64,000 bases of DNA from positions 72,315 through 136,314 of the forward strand of contig QQVP01000011.1 of NCBI GenBank assembly GCA_003389215.1. The letters run 5' to 3'. Of the stretch, positions 23,672-33,042 are shown in pieces. Under the pieces are notes generated by a model. The model saw only the letters and a program-made list of their open reading frames with translations. It searched no databases and had not been told where the DNA came from. The position numbers and the translations under genes were made by a program. The DNA is from Planctomycetota bacterium (GTDB lineage: Bacteria; Planctomycetota; Planctomycetia; Pirellulales; UBA7805). Positions within the stretch are counted from its first letter, which is position 1; every line of letters starts with the position of its first letter.

Positions 23672-25282
23672 ATGAATGAGAAGCGAAGCCAACGAAGCCA
23701 AGGTCGATCACGTGCACAACGCTTGTCCGAATCCCTCTTGCGAGCGTCAGCCCCTTCATTTCACGCTCGGCATATTGCAGAGCCGAAACTCGTTTTCGCC
23801 AATCAGCACTTATGCGAAGACCCGAAGACAGGTTTATCCGAGTATGGCCCCGCTGCTCTCGACGGAACTCCCCGGACGGCTATTCGCGTTGGCGTGATCG
23901 GTAGTGGGGACTCGATTCAAAGACTAGGTAACTGGGTTGAATCGGCGCGTTCGCGAATCTATCCCGGACTGAACTCAAAAGGGAAACCGTTTGACCCGCT
24001 GTTTGCTCCGAGCTTTCCGGGATTCGGTTTGGATAGTCCGTACAGTTGTGAAGTCGAGTTCGATGATCGGCTCACTGTAACTCTCACCGAACGGGAGCTC
24101 ACCATGATAGTCGCTGCGGGTGAGTTTTCAGCGCGAGTGCAGGTCGCGGTCGAGTTGATCTCGGCAAAACTGAGTGTCCTTGCCGACCGGGAACCTGCCC
24201 CTGACGTTGTTGTGTTGGCAATGCCGAAGGATGTGGAGGACGCGATCGGACCAGAAGCCCGCGCAGGCCAAACTCGACCTATTCGGCTGACGCCTCTTCA
24301 AAAAAAGGAAAGAAAAAGACGGGAGGAGGACAAGCAGCGAGGACAGTTGCTACTTCGATTCGAGTCAGAGGATGTATCGGAGCCGGTGACTCCTTCAAAC
24401 CAATTCCGCGACTTTCACAACAGCATCAAAGCACACGCAATGAAAAGTGGTCTGGCAACGCAGCTTGTCTGGCACAGCACTCTCGCTCGTTCGCGCGGCA
24501 AAGAAGATCCCGCTACGACGGCTTGGAATTTCTTCACAGCACTTTACTACAAATCTGGAAACGTGCCGTGGCGTTTGAATTTTGGAGCAACTCGGACTTG
24601 CTATGTCGGAATCACGTTTTATCGAGAATCGTCAGATCCAGGCGCTCCCACGCGAACATGCCTCGCTCAAGCATTCTCAGAGAGTGGTGAAGGTCTTGTT
24701 CTGCGGGGGGAACGGGTCACGTGGGATAAGGAGCGCGACAGGAAGCCGCACCTCAACCGCGCTGACTCGGAAGCAGTTCTTCGGCGAGTCTTGGAGCTGT
24801 ATCGGGATCATTTCGACGAAAGGCCCCACCGTGTGGTTTTACACAAGACATCTAGATACTGGCCCGAGGAACTCCAAGGATTTAGAGCTGCGTTGGACGA
24901 CATCCATTCATACGACTTCCTTGCATTAGAACGAAGAGGGCTTCGTTTTTTGAGGCTAGGAAAAGAACCGCCGGTCCGAGGAACCATGATTGAACTTGGT
25001 GACCGCGACTACCTCGTGTTTACCCAAGGGTACGTGCCTTTCATCAGGCAGTACCCTGGCATGAGGATTCCGAATCCTCTTGAAGTTGTTGAACATCACG
25101 GAGACTCTTCTGGTGAACGCGTCTGTACCGAGATCCTGGCGCTCACAAAACTGAACTGGAATACTTGCAAGTTTGCCAGTGGCGACCCAATCACAACGTC
25201 TTTTTCGAGACAGGTGGCGACCATCATTAAAGAGCTGCCAGAAGGAGTGACGCCCGCAACCAAGTATCGCTTCTACATGTAA
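23672..25282 (+). CDS. Short prokaryotic Argonaute (MID-PIWI only; SPARTA sensor subunit)
   Basis: 536 aa, too short for the N/PAZ lobes. PIWI-type segments: ALYYKSGNVPWRL, CYVGITFY and RVVLHKTSRYWPEE. Paired with TIR-APAZ upstream. Confidence 0.85.
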   Translation: MNEKRSQRSQGRSRAQRLSESLLRASAPSFHARHIAEPKLVFANQHLCEDPKTGLSEYGPAALDGTPRTAIRVGVIGSGDSIQRLGNWVESARSRIYPGLNSKGKPFDPLFAPSFPGFGLDSPYSCEVEFDDRLTVTLTERELTMIVAAGEFSARVQVAVELISAKLSVLADREPAPDVVVLAMPKDVEDAIGPEARAGQTRPIRLTPLQKKERKRREEDKQRGQLLLRFESEDVSEPVTPSNQFRDFHNSIKAHAMKSGLATQLVWHSTLARSRGKEDPATTAWNFFTALYYKSGNVPWRLNFGATRTCYVGITFYRESSDPGAPTRTCLAQAFSESGEGLVLRGERVTWDKERDRKPHLNRADSEAVLRRVLELYRDHFDERPHRVVLHKTSRYWPEELQGFRAALDDIHSYDFLALERRGLRFLRLGKEPPVRGTMIELGDRDYLVFTQGYVPFIRQYPGMRIPNPLEVVEHHGDSSGERVCTEILALTKLNWNTCKFASGDPITTSFSRQVATIIKELPEGVTPATKYRFYM

Positions 25283-25311
25283 GTGCTATCGACCATAGGA
25301 TCAACACATCT

Positions 25312-28300
25312 ATGTCCCACAAGGGCTTTATCCCATCGGCGGCGACCTTCATTCGACAGATTCGCCAGAATCTGTCTGAGGGAAGGTACGCGATTGGCGA
25401 TACTGGCTTTCCAATCATCAAAGAGCTGGTCCAGAACGCAGACGACGCGACTGCGTCGACCCTACACATTGGTATCTCGCAACCGCCAACAGGCCTTGAG
25501 CACCCTCTGCTGCAGTCACCAGGGATGTTCGTCATCAATGACGGCAAGTTTGAGAAAAGCGACGCTGCGAACATTCGCCGTTTCGGCGAAAACACAAAAT
25601 CGATGGATGCCGCCAAAATCGGCAAGTTTGGCCTGGGGCTGAAAAGCATCTTTCACTTGTGTGAGGCGTTTTTCTTTTTCGGAAAAGTCAACGATGGCGC
25701 CTCGGAGAAGTTCATCGCTGACGTGCTCAATCCCTGGTCCGACCAGACCGATAGCTTTCATCCAGACTGGGATAGATTCTTAGAGTCCGACCAGAGAATC
25801 GTGCTGAAGAGTCTTCTGAAGCATTTCGGCAGTCGGGATTGCTTCTGCATCTGGATTCCATTGCGCCAGCAAGAGCAGCTAAACGGCAGTGAGCCCATTA
25901 TCAAGTTCTTTCCGGGAGACGATTTGCCCTCCTGGTTGGCTGCGAATGAGCTCTCGCCGGAAATCGCCAAACTCCTCCCCATGCTTGAGCACTTGAACTC
26001 AATCCATGGCTGGATGGGGCTCGGTGAAGACGCGGCAAAAGAATTTGAAGTGTCGCTGGGAAACGGCAGTAGTCGAAAGCACTCCTTCACGGAACTCAGT
26101 TTGAAGGAGGAAGCTTTATTTCACGGGAATGTGTCAGTAGCTCGGCGACGGGGCAACAGCGAGGTTGTTGTATTTTCCGGTTGTGAGCTGAACCCTGGTG
26201 ACGAGGCTCTGATTCGACTTGAGGAAGACAATCATTGGCCCAGCGATCTAGGTCGGGATCCAGAAACCGGCATTGCGACCAACGTGCGAGAAAAAGCCAG
26301 GCAGCATGCCGGCGTTTGTGCATCGTACAGAAGGTACCAAGCAGGTCACGGAAGACTCTCGATCAGCTGGGCAGTGTTCTTGCCGTTGGGTGAGCCCGAA
26401 ATTCTTCAAGTGCCAGAGGTTCCGCTGGATCTTTCTCTGTTCCTGCATGGCTATTTCTTTGTCGATGCTGGACGTAATCGACCAATCGGCCTGCATGACC
26501 GCAGGGTCGACGCTGACAATCTGCGTGATGACGAACAACTCCGCCACAGCTGGAACCAGCGGCTCGCTGATATTGGAACCCTTCCACTGATCCCACGTTG
26601 CCTGAGTTCATTGACTGACGGGGCTGATGCCAAGCTCAGCAATGAGGAACTCTATGCCGTGACGAAGGCGCTGCAGTGGTCCGACTTCTTCCGAGAGTTC
26701 AGGAACCAAATCTGCAGCAGAAACAACTGGGCCAATGTGTGGAACCCGGACCGTATCCGCAGCTGGCAATTGCTCGAGTCTCAGGCATCGCTCTTCGAGC
26801 TTCCTGGATGCTCGAGCAAGGATTTGCCGTTTGAACTTTTCTCAGCTCTTGAAGACGTAGTCGATGAGCACAAAGTAACGCAGGCTGGGTGTCCTCGGCT
26901 CTTGAACGATTCCGTCAAGTCGGCCTGGTCAGCCGATGTCGTGAAGTTGCTGCTGGAAAGCATTGACTCAGCGCAACTGATGACTTCCGTCGATCGCGCC
27001 AATTATCTCTGTGATTTCCTCGAGAGCATCACTGACTCGGTTCCTGGCAGTGTACGCGATCCGATTTGTCGGATCATTCGCCAGGGGTTGGCGCAGTGTG
27101 GATTCGTGAAACCGAAGCAACTCGGCGTGCCACTCGCCAGACTCATCTCCTTCATTCCTCCGGACAGTCGTTTGCCCTTGGACCTGCCGGAGGAATTCTC
27201 GGATGCACTGATCCGCCTGGTCAGTAGTCGGGAGCTGGATATTGTCGTCGTGCCTGCAGAACTCGATTCCACGAGCAACCCAGGACGGGCGAGGCTGCGA
27301 CCAGAGGACTTGGTCTTGGTGCTTGGCTGTTTAGCAGAACAGCAAAATCAGAGCTCGGATTCAGCAGAAAAGGAAGCAGTAGCCACTTTGGCGGCACAGC
27401 TGATCAATGCTGCAAATGCTCGCGAGGAGGCACTGGCCGCAGTAGCGGATTTGCCCCTTTTCATTGCGAAAGACTGCCGCAGCAGGCAGGACAAGCTGGT
27501 CTCATGGAACGACGTCGTACGACACCGTGACCAAAAGACACTGTTTGTTAACCCTTCACCGAATGCCTATTCACTTCAGAAGGCTTTTGACACCGAAACG
27601 GTGCTACTCATCTCTAAAGACTGTTTTGAAGCCATTTTTCCAGGTGAGCCCCCATCGCAGTGTACTCGGGCAATGGTCGTTGAGACTCTCGGCCGACGTG
27701 AAACGCCGGTTTTGGGAACACCCGCAAATCGCTTGGAGCTTTTGAAATTCATGATTGGCTCGAGAAGCGAGCCTGGGCAGAGTTCCGCTCATTATCGAGC
27801 TGTTCGCTATCTCTTTCACGGAGAGTCTGCTGAGTTCGAGTCTTCGAGTTCGCTGTTGATGACGACGGGAGCCCAATCAGACATCTGGCGACGTATCACC
27901 TCCTTTTCCCTCAGCACTCAGCAGGCGGAATGGCGACTTCTTGACCCAGTGTTCGCTCCCATCTTGTCTGGAGAAAATCAAGACAACTTCACAATCCGGC
28001 AAATTAGTGCTGAGAGCGCCATCCCACTGATTGTCGAGGTGGGCCCTGACGCGTTCAAAGATCTCCGGCCTTCGCCAACTGAGTACGCGACTCTTCTGAA
28101 AGAGATTGTGGATGACAACTTATGCAAGCGTCTTGCGATTCACCAGGATCTCGGAGGCGACTTCGTGTCGATCGGCGACGACTGCTACTGGGAAAGTGAC
28201 ATCTCGTTGCCCCCATCCCTGGAGCATGGCGTAACGATTCTGCGACGAAGTGAGGACGAGGGGATTTGGCGACGGCAAAGAGACCTCGTGCGTTGCCTTG

Positions 28301-31300
28301 ACTCCGCTGCTCTGATTGAGATCGTTCTTGATTCCGCCAATCCCGCGAACCATTGGCAGACCCTTGCTGATGCAATCGTTGAAGTTCCGTTCCTGCCCGA
28401 AGAAAGTCTACGGAAGCTTCGGACATTACAGTGGTTGCCGCTTCGCGACCAAGGCTACGCCTCTCCTGAGGACATCATTCACCTCCCGAGAATATCCGAC
28501 GAAGTTGCTCGGTTAACGGCTCAATTCCCTGGCATCTTCTACGAGCCCGGCATGTTGCGTGAGGAGATCCAGAATCATCCCAGCTGGGCCAAGATCTCAC
28601 AGCAGTTGATACCCGGACAGGAGTCCGCCCTGACGATGCTGGGAGTACTTTTACTTGAGGATCAGCAGAACCACGTTGGCTCACTTCGCGCCGCGGTATT
28701 TGACGATTGGCGAGAGGTGGCATCCGGAATATCGGATGACTTGCTCCCGTGCGGAGAGCTAATCGGGCACGCCTCGTCGCATTACCCGAGTTCCACACGT
28801 CGGATTTTCGAGCAGTTATCGAAGCCCGACATTAAGCCTGAGAGAATTCAGGTCTTTCTTGATCACTTTCAGCTGCGTCACCAGAAGGAAAAGGCTGCCC
28901 GCCGTAGAGGTTATCTTGTAGCCGTCTTCAATGACTATCTGCGATTGAAGGTGGAGACACGCGGATACGGTAGCGCTCTGACAGATCAACAGCTGCCCAA
29001 CAGCCTGGGCAGTTGGAAGCTGGCGTCCGAGCTGTGTTGCCAGAATGATGGAGTTGATCCGTCAAGCGTTGTTGATCAAACCACGGAGGAAGTCCTGTCG
29101 AGTTCGATGCCAAGTTCGCTGAAGTCGGCAGGATTGAATTCGTCTTTCGGCGGCCTCGACGATGGGCAGGAACCCGATTGGTCGACGATTCAGCCTGAGA
29201 TTGACGCAGCCGGACACCGGCTCAGAGACTATTTCGAGCCGTGGCGCGATATCGTACCGAATGAACAGATTGGTGGATTCCTGGCGCTGCTCGGAGACGA
29301 CCCTGAGATTCGTAAATGCGCGGAGGAGTATCTAGGTAAGAATCGGACGCTTGATGAGACTCGAATCAAATTTGGAATCCCGGATTGGAAGGACAAGACG
29401 GGGACACTCGTGGAAGATGCGCTGACGCTCATTTCAAAGCAGCGCGTCATCGTACAGGCTGTTGCCGACAAGAGCGTTGAGGTGTTAAGCCTCATGGGAG
29501 CTCCGATCTATGTGCCACGCAATGAATCGCCGAAGAGTGTTTTCGTCAGCTATGGGAAGCGTAATTATCCATTCCCTCACACGGTAATCGATGGCAAGAG
29601 AATTATCTGCTTTCGACTCAACGTAATCGATCCGCGGCGGCAAACAGAATCCGATCTTGTCCGACTTCTGCGGGACTCGGCAGTTCAATTTATCGTTCAC
29701 GCATACAACCATTACGAGTACCAGACTTCTTTCGGGGCAGCATGGGATGAACTCTCTGAGAGCGATCAGCTTGATATCAGCATCGCGCAGGAGCGGATCA
29801 TTGAACACGGCTTCCTGATTCTGGACCAGCTTGGCTTACGCGGTGATCCTCAAGTTGCGGCAATCCTTGATCGCTGGGATGCAGCCGACCGTCTTTTAGC
29901 TGAACAACGCTCAGGGGCTGAGCAAAGTTCGGCGAGCAGCCGCAGAAACCCTGACATCGAACTGCGAGCGGCAAAGACGGCGCTAAGGGAAGTCCTGGAG
30001 AATGACCGGTCCGTTCAAGTACGCATCCTGGCGGCGATAAAACAACGCGTTTCGGAACATTACCAATACACCCAAGCGGCGGTACCGTTTGAGATCTTTC
30101 AGAATGCAGACGACGCGTCACTCGAATTCGCGAAACACTGGGACTTAACGGATGCCGAACGCCAGGCATCACAAACATTTCATGTGGATGTGACAGAGAA
30201 CTGCCTGACTCTCGCGCATTTCGGACGTCGCATCAACCAATATCCTCTGGAACGTCGTGATGCCACGATGGGGTTCGATAATGACCTCTGGAAAATGCTC
30301 GTGCTGTCTTTGTCAAACAAGGTGCATTCGGAAGATGACGGGAGAGCTTCAGTTACCGGCAAATTCGGACTTGGATTCAAGAGTTCATACCTCATTTCGG
30401 ATCGTCCTCAACTTCTGAGTGGTCGACTCGCATTCGAGGTAACCGGGGCGATGTATCCGCGTCGGCTCATTGCTGACGAGCGGTTGAATCTGGACACATT
30501 CCGCAAGGATAAGCTTGGAGGAAACGCTCAGTCCACGATCATACAGCTGCCGCTGGCAACAGCCACGTCGTCGGAGATTCTGCGGGACTTCACTCGCCTT
30601 GCACATCTCGCGGTCGTGTTCGCACGTCAGATTCGGTGTTGCGTTCTTAACGCAGGGGAAGGAGAAGCAACATGGGACCCGAAACGTCTGGATCGAATCG
30701 AAGGAGGCAAGGTCGGCAAATTGTCGGCTCTTCAGTCAAATTCTAATCCACAGTCGACTCAGGGACTCCTGCTTGAGTCGGCTCACGGTTCCGTTTTGTT
30801 TGCAATTAATGCTCGCAGCATCGACTATTTCGATGATGATGTTCCATCGATTTGGGTGACCGCGCCCACTCGCGAGTTCCTTGGTCTCGGGTTCCTCATC
30901 AATGGTCCATTCGCACTGGATGTCGGGCGGGCACAGCTCGCTCGTGAATACGAGCAGAACAAAGAACTCGCAACTCAACTTGGAATCACGATTGGTGAAC
31001 AACTCTGTCAGTTGTTTCAGGCAGCGGATTCCCAGGAAGGCTGGAATTCCCTTCGCGAAGAGTTAAGGCTCGCAGAAGATGCCTCACCCTATGACTTTTG
31101 GGATTCCCTATTCAGCCTACTTGGTACTGGTATCGCGGGACGAGTCCAATGGGACACGCCAGCCGACAATCTGGTCCGGGAAGTGTTTTGGACGGACACC
31201 GATCGTGGTGCAGCAAGGCTTTACCGAAGTTGCCAAGCCGTCCCATCAAGAATGCGTGGGGCGTACCAACGGCTGATCTCCACATCGCAAATACGATATG

Positions 31301-33015
31301 CCGTCTCCGGCCTATTGTCAGACGAACCAGAGATCTTCTCAGCGATTTCGCAGTGGGAGGCGTTTCAGGAAAACGCAGGTCCGGGTGCTGTCGTGTCATT
31401 CGCACACGTCTTTGAACCCCTTAGGCAGCTCGCTTCAAGATCTGAATTGTCCGTGTCCCATGTCGGAACTCTCAGCATTCCAACGGTACTTGGCTGGGAA
31501 TTCAAATACGGCGAGTTCGCGACACCAGAAATCGCAGCCCGGATGGGCGAGGTGCTCACGAAAAAGGCGTTAGAACTTATGTCTGACACCGAGTATCGCG
31601 CCACTAGGGAAGTTCTGGATGCAGTGCAGTTCAAGGGGCGTGACAACCGGTTTCATCCAGGCAGAGAGCTGCTGATCGGTCACGAAACAGTACTTGAGAG
31701 AGACGATCGCAGGGACGACGAGCGATTTCGAGCTGAGTTCGCTCCCGATGCGCGCGTGCTAAGCGAAGAATACAGCGGTACTGGGATTGCGTTCTTTGAT
31801 GTTTGCCGCGATACGCTTGAGGCCCCGGCTCGAGTCATGGCAGAGTGGGTGATTCAAGCGAGTGAGATTTCGCAACAACGAGCGGCATTGGAATACTTAG
31901 CACGGGGACAACTCTCAGATGCTCTTTTAAATGAGTTGAAACGGCGGGGGTTTGAGGGTACGTGGCTGGCCGATCTGGCCAGCTCAGCCGCCTTCAGAGC
32001 ACTCGATGAGTCTACAAGAAACCGACTGTTCGATCTGCTGCCTCGGGATGCACGCCCCAGGACCGACTGGGATGCTTTCTTTGGTGAAGCATCGCCTCAG
32101 CATTTCAGCGATCCGGAGACGGTTCTGACTGGCCTCTATGATTGGTGGATTGAAAATCGAGACACGCCGCAGAAGCAATTCCATAGTCGGACGTATCTGG
32201 AGGAATACACACGACGAACTTATCCATCGGGAACCCCCAAATTTCTGCCTGCTGAATCTTTCAGCGATGACAAGCAACGCAGGACGGAATGGACGACGCT
32301 GTTTCTGTTAGCACTGATGCATACGATCGGGCGTGCCCGTCCGGGGCAACATCGTGAATTCATTTCCAAATGCAAAGATGAGGGGTGGCTGGAACTTTTC
32401 GCCTCTTCAGAAACGGATAGCGAACGATGGATGTCCTTTGTGGCAGATTATCTCGAAAGACAGATTGAAGAAGCTGAATACTTCCATTGGATGCGTCAGT
32501 TTGTCGGCATCTTTCAAATGTCGCGTTACCTGGACGATTATATCGAGCTATTCCTCGCGATCGACCGGATCGATCGTCCATTCCAATTGGTTGAAGTTCT
32601 CCATTCCCGTTCGAGCAGCCTGTTCCAAGGAGGCGGAGTCAGCGTGCCCCCGCTCTCTCGCGTCCTGGGACTTGGATCGTGTTTTGTCGTTCGAGAGTTG
32701 GTACGTTTGGGCGTCCTTGAGTCAGAACATGCGATCGATCACTGCTTTGTTCCGGTCAAACGCGTGCGCGACGTCTTCCAACGCATGGGCTGCGATGGAC
32801 TGGATCTTCAGGTCCAGCGATGGGCAATGTCTAGCTATCTTTACCGTTTCGTTGCAGATCACCTTGGGGCAGACCGTGCGACATTTATGAACGACTTCGA
32901 CATCCCTTTCCAGTTCGTCGCCGAGGACAATGACCTCTGCCACAGATTCTTCCACCGTGGTGCTCCGGATGATGAGTCGGAAGACGAAATGATTGACGAC
33001 GACCTTGTGTTTTGA
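25312..33015 (+). CDS. Giant (2,567-aa) protein with two sacsin-like GHKL (Hsp90-type) ATPase modules
   Basis: Module 1: IIKELVQNADDA (25423-25449) … IGKFGLGLKSIFH. Module 2: FEIFQNADDA (about 30097-30117) … TGKFGLGFKSSYL (about 30358-30385). A single uninterrupted ORF; no other domain recognised. Confidence 0.8.
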   Translation: MSHKGFIPSAATFIRQIRQNLSEGRYAIGDTGFPIIKELVQNADDATASTLHIGISQPPTGLEHPLLQSPGMFVINDGKFEKSDAANIRRFGENTKSMDAAKIGKFGLGLKSIFHLCEAFFFFGKVNDGASEKFIADVLNPWSDQTDSFHPDWDRFLESDQRIVLKSLLKHFGSRDCFCIWIPLRQQEQLNGSEPIIKFFPGDDLPSWLAANELSPEIAKLLPMLEHLNSIHGWMGLGEDAAKEFEVSLGNGSSRKHSFTELSLKEEALFHGNVSVARRRGNSEVVVFSGCELNPGDEALIRLEEDNHWPSDLGRDPETGIATNVREKARQHAGVCASYRRYQAGHGRLSISWAVFLPLGEPEILQVPEVPLDLSLFLHGYFFVDAGRNRPIGLHDRRVDADNLRDDEQLRHSWNQRLADIGTLPLIPRCLSSLTDGADAKLSNEELYAVTKALQWSDFFREFRNQICSRNNWANVWNPDRIRSWQLLESQASLFELPGCSSKDLPFELFSALEDVVDEHKVTQAGCPRLLNDSVKSAWSADVVKLLLESIDSAQLMTSVDRANYLCDFLESITDSVPGSVRDPICRIIRQGLAQCGFVKPKQLGVPLARLISFIPPDSRLPLDLPEEFSDALIRLVSSRELDIVVVPAELDSTSNPGRARLRPEDLVLVLGCLAEQQNQSSDSAEKEAVATLAAQLINAANAREEALAAVADLPLFIAKDCRSRQDKLVSWNDVVRHRDQKTLFVNPSPNAYSLQKAFDTETVLLISKDCFEAIFPGEPPSQCTRAMVVETLGRRETPVLGTPANRLELLKFMIGSRSEPGQSSAHYRAVRYLFHGESAEFESSSSLLMTTGAQSDIWRRITSFSLSTQQAEWRLLDPVFAPILSGENQDNFTIRQISAESAIPLIVEVGPDAFKDLRPSPTEYATLLKEIVDDNLCKRLAIHQDLGGDFVSIGDDCYWESDISLPPSLEHGVTILRRSEDEGIWRRQRDLVRCLDSAALIEIVLDSANPANHWQTLADAIVEVPFLPEESLRKLRTLQWLPLRDQGYASPEDIIHLPRISDEVARLTAQFPGIFYEPGMLREEIQNHPSWAKISQQLIPGQESALTMLGVLLLEDQQNHVGSLRAAVFDDWREVASGISDDLLPCGELIGHASSHYPSSTRRIFEQLSKPDIKPERIQVFLDHFQLRHQKEKAARRRGYLVAVFNDYLRLKVETRGYGSALTDQQLPNSLGSWKLASELCCQNDGVDPSSVVDQTTEEVLSSSMPSSLKSAGLNSSFGGLDDGQEPDWSTIQPEIDAAGHRLRDYFEPWRDIVPNEQIGGFLALLGDDPEIRKCAEEYLGKNRTLDETRIKFGIPDWKDKTGTLVEDALTLISKQRVIVQAVADKSVEVLSLMGAPIYVPRNESPKSVFVSYGKRNYPFPHTVIDGKRIICFRLNVIDPRRQTESDLVRLLRDSAVQFIVHAYNHYEYQTSFGAAWDELSESDQLDISIAQERIIEHGFLILDQLGLRGDPQVAAILDRWDAADRLLAEQRSGAEQSSASSRRNPDIELRAAKTALREVLENDRSVQVRILAAIKQRVSEHYQYTQAAVPFEIFQNADDASLEFAKHWDLTDAERQASQTFHVDVTENCLTLAHFGRRINQYPLERRDATMGFDNDLWKMLVLSLSNKVHSEDDGRASVTGKFGLGFKSSYLISDRPQLLSGRLAFEVTGAMYPRRLIADERLNLDTFRKDKLGGNAQSTIIQLPLATATSSEILRDFTRLAHLAVVFARQIRCCVLNAGEGEATWDPKRLDRIEGGKVGKLSALQSNSNPQSTQGLLLESAHGSVLFAINARSIDYFDDDVPSIWVTAPTREFLGLGFLINGPFALDVGRAQLAREYEQNKELATQLGITIGEQLCQLFQAADSQEGWNSLREELRLAEDASPYDFWDSLFSLLGTGIAGRVQWDTPADNLVREVFWTDTDRGAARLYRSCQAVPSRMRGAYQRLISTSQIRYAVSGLLSDEPEIFSAISQWEAFQENAGPGAVVSFAHVFEPLRQLASRSELSVSHVGTLSIPTVLGWEFKYGEFATPEIAARMGEVLTKKALELMSDTEYRATREVLDAVQFKGRDNRFHPGRELLIGHETVLERDDRRDDERFRAEFAPDARVLSEEYSGTGIAFFDVCRDTLEAPARVMAEWVIQASEISQQRAALEYLARGQLSDALLNELKRRGFEGTWLADLASSAAFRALDESTRNRLFDLLPRDARPRTDWDAFFGEASPQHFSDPETVLTGLYDWWIENRDTPQKQFHSRTYLEEYTRRTYPSGTPKFLPAESFSDDKQRRTEWTTLFLLALMHTIGRARPGQHREFISKCKDEGWLELFASSETDSERWMSFVADYLERQIEEAEYFHWMRQFVGIFQMSRYLDDYIELFLAIDRIDRPFQLVEVLHSRSSSLFQGGGVSVPPLSRVLGLGSCFVVRELVRLGVLESEHAIDHCFVPVKRVRDVFQRMGCDGLDLQVQRWAMSSYLYRFVADHLGADRATFMNDFDIPFQFVAEDNDLCHRFFHRGAPDDESEDEMIDDDLVF

Positions 33016-33042
33016 GCTGTATCCGAATAGGAATTCACTGAA

